64,000 nt of DNA, from IMG/VR virus record IMGVR_UViG_3300033062_002302, one strand, 5' to 3'. The notes under the pieces are model-generated. The model was not told where the DNA came from and searched no databases. It saw nothing but the letters and a program-made list of their open reading frames with translations. Origin of the DNA: a virus (taxonomy: Duplodnaviria; Caudoviricetes). Shown here piece after piece: positions 30,529-41,900 of this stretch; the first letter of the stretch is position 1, and each line of letters starts with the position of its first letter. The position numbers and the translations under genes are program-made.

Positions 30529-32664
30529 ATGCCTTGTAATCCCGATGACGTCACAGTAACAGAACCTAGTGGACCGGCAGCATCGCCAATCCCAGGCTTT
30601 GGTACGCCATTTGCGCCATCTCTTCCCAGCATTAGTCTTCCATATCCTACTGGATTTCCAGAGGATCTTTTGGAAATCATGGATTTATTGCAGTTTATTC
30701 TTCCTTCTGGGACGATTAAACCACCTCTAAATCCTAATTTCGGCAAAGATACTTTTGATGGCATCATGAAATTGTTAGATCAATTCTTTCCATTTCTAAT
30801 GATGTATAAATTTTTTCTTCCAATATTAGATTTAATTATTTGCATTATCGAAGTTTTATGTGCCATTCAAAATCCAGTTAAACTTATTAAGGCTCTGAAA
30901 AGGCTGTTCCGAACCTGCCTTCCAGCTTTCTTGGCTCTTTTTCCAATTTTCGCATTAATATTAATGTTAATATCATTGCTGCTATTAATATTAGCTTTGA
31001 TTGAATATATTATTGCTCAAATTCTAGCTCTTATTAACTTAATTTTATCTAACATTAAAATCATTGTTAAAGCAACAGCCAAGGCTGATGGACCAAGCAT
31101 TTTATCGGCTGTTGCCAAGCTTGGAAGTATTTTATGTTCATTTCAAAACTTCTTTGTTTTATTTGCTATCTTTAAATCTATAATTGATTTAATTAAAGAT
31201 ATCTTAAAGCTTTTCTTTAAAATTCCTCCATGTTCAGATAGTGATTCTTCAGATGAAGATAACTGTTGTACGACGGATGTTTGTCCAGCATTCATTAAGA
31301 ATAATGAAACTTTCTTTAGAACAACTGGAACCTTTCAATACTTTAATCAAGTGGCAGTTGACTCTGGCATTGCGTTACCTCTTGTCTTTGGTCCACTTGT
31401 TTCTGTAAAGCGCCCAGAGTCTTGGCAGTTTTTTGATTCTAGTGCTTCAATTTTGGAAGCTTTTATTAACATTACGCAGCCATATGATCTCCCTTCAGGC
31501 GTTAATAAAGTTTTCTTCCCAACGGATGGAACTTATAACGCAGCAACTCCATTTAGTCAAGCTCCATATACAGTTGATATTAGGTTATTCTATGAGCCTG
31601 CTAAGTTTAATAGGATAGATGAAAAGGGAGCAAGGTTCGTTAGAATTAAAGATTGTATTGTGACTCAAGCTCCATCAACCAATTTAATGACCTATGATGC
31701 TGGCTCTGTTTTACAACCAAAGGGAGTTCTAGATATTATTGGCGGCAATGTTTATGAAGATGATGGATTAATTCAAGTCTTTGTTGATGGAAAACTTGCA
31801 ACGCTTCAAAGCCTCATTCATCTTCCATCTGTCACTTCAGCTAATCCAGTTATGTCGCCTTCAGATGGCTATACATTAAATGATGTTGAATATGACTTTA
31901 AAATTAATCACGAAGTTCTACTTCAAAAAGCTTTAATTACATTAGGGTGTGTTCCTACCGTCGCCTTAGATCGTGCATTCGTCAATACTGTTTTCGGTGG
32001 CGATGCAGGATTGAACTTTTTCGTCTTAAATCAATTAGTTAACAATGAAGGCGGACAAGTCTTCCCAGATATTGGAGCAGCTCAAAGTTGCCTTCAAACG
32101 GCACTAATCAATCTTCGTAATAACATGAGCGAAGCTGGCGTCGCAACCTTTCAAGCTCAGACGACTGTTTGTTTAGCTAAGTTAAGTGACGATACTAAAG
32201 CCGCCTTGACTTCTTTGGTTGGAATTGGATTTGATCCTAATTCTAGTAGCTTTACGATTGATCCTAATATTCAGTTTACTTCTCAGAAAATTCAGGTTAA
32301 AGTCTCACTTAATGAGCGAAATGGTCAAACTCTGGTTGGGAAATTTCCATCTGATTTAGCTTCAAGCATAGCTTCTAAGCTTTCTCCTACTGTTACACTA
32401 GGAAAAGTCGGACCTTTTAGTTATGACGGAGAGCAGTTCTTTGTTGCCGATCTAACCTCGGAATCTCCTGGAGATGGAGTTATTAAAATGGCTTTTGATA
32501 ATAAAATGTTTACAGCCGTTTCTATTCCTGCTGATATTAATCAAAGTCCAGCTATTACTGAGCAGTTTTTAAATTATACCTTTGTCTATGCTCCATCTGC
32601 TGGTGCGGATGTTGATGGTAAGCCCGCTCGGGACGAGTCAGACATTGCAGAGGGATCTGAATAA
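30529..32664 (+). CDS. Hypothetical protein with long hydrophobic helices, in baseplate cluster
   Basis: Pro-rich N-terminus, very hydrophobic LALFPIFALILMLISLLLLILALIEYII segment, Cys cluster, beta-rich C-terminal half. Confidence 0.55.
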   Translation: MPCNPDDVTVTEPSGPAASPIPGFGTPFAPSLPSISLPYPTGFPEDLLEIMDLLQFILPSGTIKPPLNPNFGKDTFDGIMKLLDQFFPFLMMYKFFLPILDLIICIIEVLCAIQNPVKLIKALKRLFRTCLPAFLALFPIFALILMLISLLLLILALIEYIIAQILALINLILSNIKIIVKATAKADGPSILSAVAKLGSILCSFQNFFVLFAIFKSIIDLIKDILKLFFKIPPCSDSDSSDEDNCCTTDVCPAFIKNNETFFRTTGTFQYFNQVAVDSGIALPLVFGPLVSVKRPESWQFFDSSASILEAFINITQPYDLPSGVNKVFFPTDGTYNAATPFSQAPYTVDIRLFYEPAKFNRIDEKGARFVRIKDCIVTQAPSTNLMTYDAGSVLQPKGVLDIIGGNVYEDDGLIQVFVDGKLATLQSLIHLPSVTSANPVMSPSDGYTLNDVEYDFKINHEVLLQKALITLGCVPTVALDRAFVNTVFGGDAGLNFFVLNQLVNNEGGQVFPDIGAAQSCLQTALINLRNNMSEAGVATFQAQTTVCLAKLSDDTKAALTSLVGIGFDPNSSSFTIDPNIQFTSQKIQVKVSLNERNGQTLVGKFPSDLASSIASKLSPTVTLGKVGPFSYDGEQFFVADLTSESPGDGVIKMAFDNKMFTAVSIPADINQSPAITEQFLNYTFVYAPSAGADVDGKPARDESDIAEGSE

Positions 32665-34310
32665 TGGCTAATGATATTGATCAAGAGCAATTTAGAGATG
32701 ACCAAAACTTTGATGTTGACATTAATAAAGTTTATCAAAATTTTATTATTGAAATAGATAAAATTAGGAGTCATTTTAATGTACAGAGCAACTCGGTCGA
32801 TATTCAATTCATTGATAGCCTTACGTATAATCAGACAGTTGAAAAAAATCCTCAGGAAAGTAGATGCCATGCTTTCTATCGTTTAATTGGCTTACCAATT
32901 ATTTCAACTGATGGAAAAGCTTTATATTGCCCCGGGCATGATAGTCCCAACAATTCCGATCAAGAATTAATCAATTCTAAAATTCAAATTGCTAAAAAAA
33001 TTAGTAAAGATATGTTTAAGCTCCTGGATGCTCGGGAGAATTTACCCCGAGATTTCGCCTCAACCTTTTCACTTCAAAGCGTTACCGCCTCCGCTTTAGC
33101 CATGTCTTTAGCAGAGATTAGACCGTTTGATACTCCTTTAAAAGTCGAAGAAGCTTTTGATATTAAAAAGAAAAGTCAAAGTTATACCAATAAACTCGCC
33201 GGGCGTTTAAGTAAAACAGTCCAAGATTATTCTTTTGGCGAAACGGCTAATTTATCATCTGAGAGACTTCATATTTTAAAACCATTTATTGTCGATCCAA
33301 GAATTGATTTAATGGTTAACCCTAATATGTTTAGGCTATCAGTTCCGTTTGTTGCTGATAAATCAGAATTAAAATTTACAGATAATTCTTATTTAAAACG
33401 TCCGTACATTGAAAAGGTTTGCCGTGAGCGCTTCAGCGTCTATACGGATCCCGATCTTTTAATTGTTGGAGACCACACTAAATCTATTATTAATAATATT
33501 AAAAACAATGAATCAATTAAAGATCAAGAGTTAGTTAAATTAGTATTCAATACAGATCTAATAACTTCAGAAGAAATACAATTTGCTAATTATATTAATA
33601 TTATTCGTTCTATGCTTAAAAAGCTTTCAGATGCGGTTGATGAAGTTCACTTGGTCTTAGCAAGCGATCCAGAAGCATCCAGCCAAGCCAAATATAATTG
33701 GATTCCAATTCCAGACAAACGAGGACCAGAATTTGGGAGTCAAACGCAGGATGTTATGAATCAGCAACAAGACCCTAATAATACTCTTTGGGATTCAGAA
33801 TTAATTAGCCTTTTATATAGACAAGAAATAACTTCCGTTAATAATAAATTAAGGGAAATTAATAAATCCGATCTCGGGGGCTTTGCATTTGATAATGTTG
33901 AAATTACTCCAGATTCAAATTCTTCAGATGCTTATGGTGATGGCGTTCTCAAGGCTTGTAATGAGTTAAAGCAACAACGCAAATACTTGACGGATAAAGC
34001 TAATCAATCTATTAGACATATTGAAATTATTATGGGAGAATTTAGCGGATTAGGCTTATGTGATATTTTAGCTATTTCTGCTGCTTTTTGGGTTGTTGAT
34101 AAAAAAGTTTTAGTCAATATGTTAGATGATACGGCTTTAGCTAGAATGAATAAGGATCCAAGTCTTAAGGGACAAGAAATTTTGGATCGTCAAAACGGGT
34201 ATACTATGCTTCCAATAGAAGCTATTTCAGAATTTGAAACCAAAGTTAAACAGATTTTTGAATTAATGAATGTCATGTATACCGATATTCGTTCTAAAAA
34301 TAAAAGATAA
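32664..34310 (+). CDS. Hypothetical protein (baseplate cluster)
   Basis: 548 aa ORF coupled by TAATG; no recognised motif. Confidence 0.55.
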   Translation: MANDIDQEQFRDDQNFDVDINKVYQNFIIEIDKIRSHFNVQSNSVDIQFIDSLTYNQTVEKNPQESRCHAFYRLIGLPIISTDGKALYCPGHDSPNNSDQELINSKIQIAKKISKDMFKLLDARENLPRDFASTFSLQSVTASALAMSLAEIRPFDTPLKVEEAFDIKKKSQSYTNKLAGRLSKTVQDYSFGETANLSSERLHILKPFIVDPRIDLMVNPNMFRLSVPFVADKSELKFTDNSYLKRPYIEKVCRERFSVYTDPDLLIVGDHTKSIINNIKNNESIKDQELVKLVFNTDLITSEEIQFANYINIIRSMLKKLSDAVDEVHLVLASDPEASSQAKYNWIPIPDKRGPEFGSQTQDVMNQQQDPNNTLWDSELISLLYRQEITSVNNKLREINKSDLGGFAFDNVEITPDSNSSDAYGDGVLKACNELKQQRKYLTDKANQSIRHIEIIMGEFSGLGLCDILAISAAFWVVDKKVLVNMLDDTALARMNKDPSLKGQEILDRQNGYTMLPIEAISEFETKVKQIFELMNVMYTDIRSKNKR

Positions 34311-34375
34311 TACAATCTTTTCATAGACTTAGCCCTCTCTAACCTATAATATGGTATAAAGGGAGAAGGAGTTCG

Positions 34376-34807
34376 ATGTCTTTTGATTTAAAGATAAAAT
34401 CTGGTGATTTAGCTATAGAAAATGGTGATTTACGCGTCGTTGAAGATAGCGAAAAATTAATTCAGGATCTTTTGAAGGTAGCTTTGACGGCATCAGGCTC
34501 TAATCCATTGTTTCCATGGTATGGAACTTATATTCAAAAGACTTTAATCGGATCAAGCCTTGATTCTAGCATTACGATGCAAATGGCGCAATCTCAGCTA
34601 GATACGGCAATTCAAAATATTAAAGCTCTTCAGGAAGAACAGTCGCTTTCTGGTCAAAGCGTTACGGCAGATGAACAAATTGGAGTTGTTTTAGACATTT
34701 CAGTTAATAGAAACGTTAAAAATCCAACTCTTTTTGACGTTAAAATAAAGGTTTTGAGTAAAGGAACTAAACCAATTACGGCAGCGTTTACTTATGATAC
34801 CATTTAA
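34376..34807 (+). CDS. Baseplate wedge/sheath initiator, gp25-like
   Basis: DLKIKSGDL...LIQDL...GSNPLFPWYG pattern; 143 aa; precedes gpJ-like gene. Confidence 0.8.
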   Translation: MSFDLKIKSGDLAIENGDLRVVEDSEKLIQDLLKVALTASGSNPLFPWYGTYIQKTLIGSSLDSSITMQMAQSQLDTAIQNIKALQEEQSLSGQSVTADEQIGVVLDISVNRNVKNPTLFDVKIKVLSKGTKPITAAFTYDTI

Positions 34808-34845
34808 TTTTTAAAAATTAAGGTTATATAGTTAAAAGAGGAATT

Positions 34846-37800
34846 ATGGTTGTAGTTAGATCTTTAAATGAAATTATATTAAGTCTAATTGACTTCTATC
34901 GAATTGCTCAGCCAAATTTAGATACTAAGCCAGCAACCGTAGCTCGGGATCTTTTAATTGATGCGCCTTCTAATCAGCTCGCTCTTCTTTATGATCAAAT
35001 CTCTCAAGTCTCAACTCAGCAATCATTACAGCTAGTTACAGGATCTGACCTAGATAAATTAGCCAAAAATTTTGGTATTACTCGCAAATCAGCTACGGCT
35101 TCCTCTGGAGTTGCTTTAATTACTTTTAGTTCAATTCCTGCAACGATTGGGATTGGGCGCGGTGACATTGTAACTGCGGCTAATGGAATTTCGTATTCTG
35201 TTGTTAATGGCATTTCTGTAAGTCCAACCAACATTAATTTTTATCGTTCTACTGCAACGAAATTTAGAAATGATTTAGATTTCGTTGGAATTACAGATCA
35301 ATTTGCAGTTGAGGTTACGGTTCAATCAACAACTCCTGGGACTCAAGGAAATATTGGCAAATATAGCTTGAACAGAACGACTACTCCTGGAGCGAGTAAT
35401 GTAACCAATACTAGTTCTTTCTTGGGTGGAAACAATCAAGAGGATGATGCGACTTTTCGAAATAGAGTCTTATCTGTCTTTAGTGGCTCCAGCATTGGAA
35501 CGGCGTTAGGATATCGAAATTTAGCTTTGTCTACGACAGGGGTAACAGATGCCTTTGTAGTTGAGCCAGGCAACCCGCTAATGACCCGCGATGGCTCGGT
35601 CGTCTCCGAGGATGCTTCAGGCAATTTGACGGTCATATCGGAAGGTACAGGTGGCAAGGTTGACATCGTTATCCTGGGAACAGATTTGGTTGAGAATACG
35701 GATAGCTTTATCTATAGAGATAAGAGCAATAAGAATGACCCAACAGATCCAAAGAATACGGTTGTTTTAGGTCAAATTACAGGCGATGAAAATAAAACAA
35801 TTAATAGAAGAAGAATTGACAATATTAAAGCCGGAACTCTTCCATCTCAACCTGTTGATTCTATTATTCAGGTTAGCGGCTCGGGGAGCGGGTCCAACTT
35901 TAAAGAACAAACAATTGATTCTTTTGGAAGAGTTTCTGGAAACTACAAGCTAGTTAAAGATACAGGTTCTTTTGCGGGTAGTCCATTTGGTTTTGATAGC
36001 TTTATTTGGACTTCAGACCGCATTTCTCTCTTTGAAGAAGATAGAATTAAGGGTAAATTTAACGGGCAAGATGCCGTGACATTTTCAGATGTTTCTGAAA
36101 TTCCAATTATTCAACAAAATATTTCGATTACAAATGAAAATAGCACGGTTTTAAATTCAGACCGTTCTCTTATTCAATTACTTCATTTTCCAGCCAAGAC
36201 GGCAACTCGTGTTTTCAATAGTACAACAGGTGAACGGTATACAGTTTTAAATCAAAATCCAAATGGCTCTGGAACAACCAATACTTCTGGGGTTATTAAA
36301 ATCTCAGGAAATACCCTTCCATCTCAGAGCGATGTTCTTCAAGTAGATTATACTTGGGTTCTAACTTTCGACCAGTTTACAGATTATGATGGTAGGTTCT
36401 TTACTGATAATTTAAGAGAAGTAACAGATAGCATTGATTGGGGTTATTCTAATTTAATTAGAGATGAAGAAGTTATGCTGTCTCAAAATGATGCTGGAAC
36501 TTATTATGTCGGAAATACGACCTTACCAATTGGAGCTATTTTAACAGTAAACTCTTATGAAGAAATTGGCGGCGTCGTTAGCCAAGTTACTTCTGGAACT
36601 TATACTGGACGTTTAAGCGTTGTCATTACTAATTTAATTAATACTACAACTTCAATAGATCATGTTTTATTTAGAAATACGAATGTAGAGTTATTTAAAA
36701 CTTCTGCTAATGATGGGTTATTTACTAATGCTAGTATTGTTGTTGGAATTGATATTCAATATACAACGACGATTATTTTACCCAGTGATACGAAGGCGTC
36801 GATTGGCGATACAGTTACAGTAATTAAAAATTCAAAAGATACTTTTAATGTTACTGGATCTGTTGGAAACTTTAATGGCAATCAAGTAACGGTTCCTTTA
36901 ACTAATTTTAGCACCACCCCAGATACATTGACGGCTAAAATAAATTACATTGCTAATGTTCAGGATATTATATCGACTGGCATTACAAGCATGCCAGTGA
37001 GCCGAGTTGGAAATGGCTTTGGGACTAATTCTAGCATTGGCTTTAATAATGTCAATATTGCAAACGTTGCCAGGCGAGAAAATCAAGTCGTTCAAAAAAA
37101 CACGAGCAATCAGTTCTATATTGAATTAAATGCGGCAAGCGTTGATGTTAGCTTATCCTCTCTTAAGATCTTGACGGTTATTAGACTTTCAGATATTAAA
37201 GAGCTTTGGAATCAAGATAATGCTGGAACTATTGAAATAGGAACTAGTGGAAATTATCAGTTAATCTTTACTGGATTTAACACTCCAGCTATTGCAGATA
37301 AAGTTTTAGTTATCTATTATGCTGAAGACGTTAAAAGATTTCAACCATTTACATTTTCTAATGATGTTTTTAGCCGAGATTTTGGAACTCTTCAATATGA
37401 TATTACGACTAATAAGTTTAGCGTTCCATTGCATACCTTTATAGCTCAAACCGGATTAAGCTTTGAAATCTTAGAAAAAAATAGCGATGATGTTATTGCT
37501 TCTGGCTCAGATGGTTATATCACGACTCCATTCTCAAATTTATCTAAAGCTAACTTCAGCAGTTTAACTGTTAATTTCGATACGCTGGTCGATGTTGATT
37601 TAAGTCCGATTGATATTACTTCAAAAAGAATTAGAATCTTTAATTCAATTAATATAAATAACAATAATTATTATGAAATTTCAAGCTATAATGAAAATAG
37701 CAATATTTTTGTTATATCAAATGATTTTAGTAAAATTAATAAGAAACAAATCAGTGTAATTAGAGTTCTTGATGGAAAAGAATTATGGTCTGATACTGGA

Positions 37801-38958
37801 ACAATTGACGTAGATAACAACCTTCTTTTGTTTACAAAGACATCTGCCGCTTTAGCGGGCGATGATGTTATGGTTTTAACTTATGACTATGAAACCATTA
37901 AACAATCTCCAACCAAGCTTATTTTGACGGTTGTTGACTCGACGGCAAATACTGGAACCATTTCGGTTAATGGAACGACAATTACGAAGGCGAAAGATGT
38001 TTTATTCTCGGCAACTTCAACTAGTTTGAAGCAAAATTTATTTGAGGCTATTAGAAAAGTATTAGGGCTGAATTCGAATTCGTCTATTCCGAGCACCATT
38101 AAATTAGTCAAGATTACAAAATTAGAAAGAGTTTCGACAGAAGGAGAAGTCGTTCTATTATCTCAAGCAAATTATGATTTGTTAGGATTAACAATTCAAG
38201 ATAATAGTTTTTACTCAGAAAATATTATTTCAAATACAGATTATAATAATTTAGAGTTTAGCCTTCCTTCAACTCAAAACAATGTTTTGAATTTAGACGC
38301 TCAGGTTAAAGCCGGAGATAAATTTAGAATTACCTTTTATTACTCTACGACTAATGATACTGAAAATGTTATTTTTACTAGAAATGGAACCTTATACACT
38401 AATAAAGCATTTGCTTTGATTGATAAAGTTTATATTTCTAGTGGATTTAATTCTTCTCAATCAACTAGAATTATATTAAGTAATTTCAATCAGCCTATTA
38501 CTGGTTCTAGGTATAAAGTTTTTTATGATTATATGGCTCCTAAGCAGAATGAAAGAATAATTATAAAATCAAATAACAATAGGTTGGTTTCAACCGTTAC
38601 TTTTAATGTAGAAACTAATAGACCAATAAATGCGGATGTTTTAATTAGACAAGCTAAACAAGTAGATATAGATGTTACTATGAATGTTGTTATTTCTGAT
38701 TCTTTTAAGAGTTCATCTGCTCTTGTCTTGCAAAATTTGAAAGATAAGCTAGTTACGGCAATTAATGCGAATGCATTAGGAACTGTTTTAGATTCATCTA
38801 GTTTAGTTAATGCGGCATTCTCAGTCGATGGGGTTGCAGGAGCTAGAATTATCTTCTTTAATAAGACAGGTTCTTTTGGTCAGGTTCTAAGTTTAACAGC
38901 TAAGGAAGATGAATATTTTTCAGCTAACTTAGTGACGGTAGCAGCAGAAACAAGATAA
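34846..38958 (+). CDS. Baseplate wedge protein, gpJ/gp6-like, with large central insertion
   Basis: TGSDLDKLAKNFGITRKSAT, GGNNQEDDATFRNRV, GKVDIVILG signatures; C-terminal SVDGVAGA. Confidence 0.85.
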   Translation: MVVVRSLNEIILSLIDFYRIAQPNLDTKPATVARDLLIDAPSNQLALLYDQISQVSTQQSLQLVTGSDLDKLAKNFGITRKSATASSGVALITFSSIPATIGIGRGDIVTAANGISYSVVNGISVSPTNINFYRSTATKFRNDLDFVGITDQFAVEVTVQSTTPGTQGNIGKYSLNRTTTPGASNVTNTSSFLGGNNQEDDATFRNRVLSVFSGSSIGTALGYRNLALSTTGVTDAFVVEPGNPLMTRDGSVVSEDASGNLTVISEGTGGKVDIVILGTDLVENTDSFIYRDKSNKNDPTDPKNTVVLGQITGDENKTINRRRIDNIKAGTLPSQPVDSIIQVSGSGSGSNFKEQTIDSFGRVSGNYKLVKDTGSFAGSPFGFDSFIWTSDRISLFEEDRIKGKFNGQDAVTFSDVSEIPIIQQNISITNENSTVLNSDRSLIQLLHFPAKTATRVFNSTTGERYTVLNQNPNGSGTTNTSGVIKISGNTLPSQSDVLQVDYTWVLTFDQFTDYDGRFFTDNLREVTDSIDWGYSNLIRDEEVMLSQNDAGTYYVGNTTLPIGAILTVNSYEEIGGVVSQVTSGTYTGRLSVVITNLINTTTSIDHVLFRNTNVELFKTSANDGLFTNASIVVGIDIQYTTTIILPSDTKASIGDTVTVIKNSKDTFNVTGSVGNFNGNQVTVPLTNFSTTPDTLTAKINYIANVQDIISTGITSMPVSRVGNGFGTNSSIGFNNVNIANVARRENQVVQKNTSNQFYIELNAASVDVSLSSLKILTVIRLSDIKELWNQDNAGTIEIGTSGNYQLIFTGFNTPAIADKVLVIYYAEDVKRFQPFTFSNDVFSRDFGTLQYDITTNKFSVPLHTFIAQTGLSFEILEKNSDDVIASGSDGYITTPFSNLSKANFSSLTVNFDTLVDVDLSPIDITSKRIRIFNSININNNNYYEISSYNENSNIFVISNDFSKINKKQISVIRVLDGKELWSDTGTIDVDNNLLLFTKTSAALAGDDVMVLTYDYETIKQSPTKLILTVVDSTANTGTISVNGTTITKAKDVLFSATSTSLKQNLFEAIRKVLGLNSNSSIPSTIKLVKITKLERVSTEGEVVLLSQANYDLLGLTIQDNSFYSENIISNTDYNNLEFSLPSTQNNVLNLDAQVKAGDKFRITFYYSTTNDTENVIFTRNGTLYTNKAFALIDKVYISSGFNSSQSTRIILSNFNQPITGSRYKVFYDYMAPKQNERIIIKSNNNRLVSTVTFNVETNRPINADVLIRQAKQVDIDVTMNVVISDSFKSSSALVLQNLKDKLVTAINANALGTVLDSSSLVNAAFSVDGVAGARIIFFNKTGSFGQVLSLTAKEDEYFSANLVTVAAETR

Positions 38959-41900
38959 TGGATAATCTAAGAATCATAGGAGTCGAAGTCATTGATAGCG
39001 TGACGCTCGTTGCTAAATTTAGCCATAAGCTAGATTCAAGCATCGGTGCATCTAATGTCACCATCACTTCGCAATTAGACAGTGTTCCTTCACCTAATGT
39101 TTTAAAGGCAGAAGTCAATAGCGAAACATTGGTGATTACTTGTCAGCCTATGACTCCGCAAGCGCCTTATTTTATTAAGTTTTTGTCATTGCCAGCCATT
39201 CCATTTAAATCTGTCAATGCAACAGCCATCATGTTAAATGATGACGTTAGCAATCAATATTATATTATTGGACCAATTGAAGCTGGTAATATAATTCAAG
39301 ATCTCTTAATAGACTACTTAAGAGAAACTCCTTTAAATGTAACAGATAATACGACTATTGTTAATAAAGTTCTTCAAAGCTATTCATTACTTTATTCTAA
39401 AGCTTTATATGATATCAAGCAATTAAAAAATGAAAATTATTTATCTTTTGATGTCTTGGATGAAGAAAAGACTCGTCAAGAAGGACCCTTTGATCGTCTC
39501 TTAGAAGAAGGCGCCTATCAAATAACAAGAGTTGGAAAAACTCCGACCGGATTCTCCGCTACTTTAGATTTTAATTTTGAAGAGTTCCCTGATTTTCCAG
39601 TTTCTCTTTTAAAAGAAGAAGTCTCAGAACTATTAAACATAGATTTTGAAGATAATGATAATACATTTAATATAAACACTTTTACTTTAAATGTGTCTAA
39701 GACAAATGTATCTAAGTTATTAAGTGTTATTTTTCATTATAATAACGGTCATTTAGATTACGAATATCCTATTGAAACATTGGGCTATCAAATAACCAAT
39801 TCTAAATATGATAAAGATTATGGTTTTAGCTATTTAGTGCTTTTAACAGATCAGTTTAGATTGAGTGAAGCTATTTTAAATGATCCTGATTTTTCAAATC
39901 AAAATATTTCATATGTAGAAGTAACTTATGAATATAGAAATTTGGGCAGAATTATTGATGAGGATTCCGTTACGGCTTCGACTATTTTAAGTGTTTCTAG
40001 GGAACCTTTACCTCCAATCATCAATATATTTAATTTAAAGCATGCGCCAATTGTTGATCAAAATGGAGATATTTATACAACTGGAGGCGCGACTTTTATT
40101 GATCCAAATGCTTATTTAACAACGGATAAGCATCCAGCATTTTTATATGAAATTGCATTTCGTCTTAATGCATTGCCTCGACGTCCTGGCGAATATTGCA
40201 TTGATTATGAAACTGGAACGGTTTATGTCTTTGGAGAAGATGCTGATAATGATGGAACGGGACCTCAACCACCACTCATTAGCTATGATTATCAATTTAC
40301 TTATGTCTCTCAGGTTGATTACGTTTATGACGCTTCCTCTGGAGATTTAGTTGCTTTACCTAATGGAAATTTAGTCTCTCAAGAAGGAGACATAACTTTT
40401 AATTATGAAGAAGTTTTAGTTCCTGATTTAGATTATCGAGCAACGGTTCATCAAGAAAATCTATCAGAAAGAATTGAAAATAAATTATTAGCCTTAAATG
40501 TTGTTAAAGCGGCTAATTCTCCAATTACTAATGTTTTTAGAATCTTTAATGAGACATCAGGGGAAATATACTCACCAATTCGTTGGAGTAATGATAAGAT
40601 ATATTTTTCTTATAATACCCCTCCTAATGTTTTACCTTTTACAGGAGAAAAAGTTTCTTTTAAAGATTCATTAAATGAAATATTATTCGTTAATCAAGAG
40701 CTAACAAATGGAAGTTCTATTCGAATCTTTAAATGTCTTTTATCTGATAATAATTTAGTTTCTGGCTCAGAAGATTGCTTGGCTTCATCAATTAATAATT
40801 CAATTAATTTATCTAATGATGATGTCTTTGTTAATCAAAAATGGTTTGACCCCTTTTTAACGGAAAGTCAAAACATTGATAAACTAGATGTGGTTGGTCA
40901 ATATAAAATTGATTATGCTAATGGAATTGTTTACGTTGCAGTTTCTCCAGGGCAATCTATTGAAATAGGAACGATTACTTATAAAACTAAACTAATTGAT
41001 CCTATTAATAGCCATGTCATTTCTGTAGATGATATTTATTATCAAACATCTATTTTAAATCCTAAAGATAAAACTTTTGAATACACTTCATTTGGAGAAG
41101 GATTTATTCAGCCATTAGATTTGGATGCTTCCGATGAAGGCTATCTAAATGAAACTGAGACTTCGCCTTATCAGGTTAATTCAACAAAGGTTGGAGCTTT
41201 TGTTGATGCTGTATTCGTTCCTGGCGTTTCTCAAAATATTAAGTTTATCCGTAGTCTTTATGAACTAAATGACCTTCAAAATAGTTATAGCCCCATTAAT
41301 TTTATGGAGGCTTGTACCTTTGATGGACGAGTCATTACAGTTTCTCCGATTGAAAAAACAGAATATAATATTGTTGAATATAATATTTCAGATGGTTATT
41401 TCATAACCATTAATTTGGCGCAACCATATTTATCTTCAAATATTGAATTTAATGTTTCTATTATTAGAAATTCAGATGCTCAAGAACTATGGGACAACTC
41501 TGGAATTGTTGTCGCTGGAGATCAAGTTAAGCTTAAATTATCTGGAGTCAACTCTCCAAATGCTGGAGATTCAGTTATTACAAGCTGGAGCTTGACGATT
41601 GATGATTTGTCTAGAATCATTGTTGATTATAATAAAGGAGATTTGTATATAGATTATACTTATCTTGCAGATGAAATTTTAATTAGCTATGAGTATGGGG
41701 AAAACCATATTGACTTTAGGCAATCAGAGTCAGTCTCTCCAGGTAGCACCTATTATGTAAGTTATAAGGTCGGAGCTTTACGCGATGCTTTGTTAAAGAA
41801 TTTTGGAAGCCTTGTTAATATTCCAGAGTTAAGCAATTTTGATATTAATCTTAATCGAGAAAGATATCGAGATTCATTGTCAGCCGCACTAGAGTCTTTT

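Noticed and set aside
35575-35680. Locally GC-richer patch in the gpJ-like gene
   Set aside because: Short, frame intact, no boundaries or repeats; too weak to call recombination by eye
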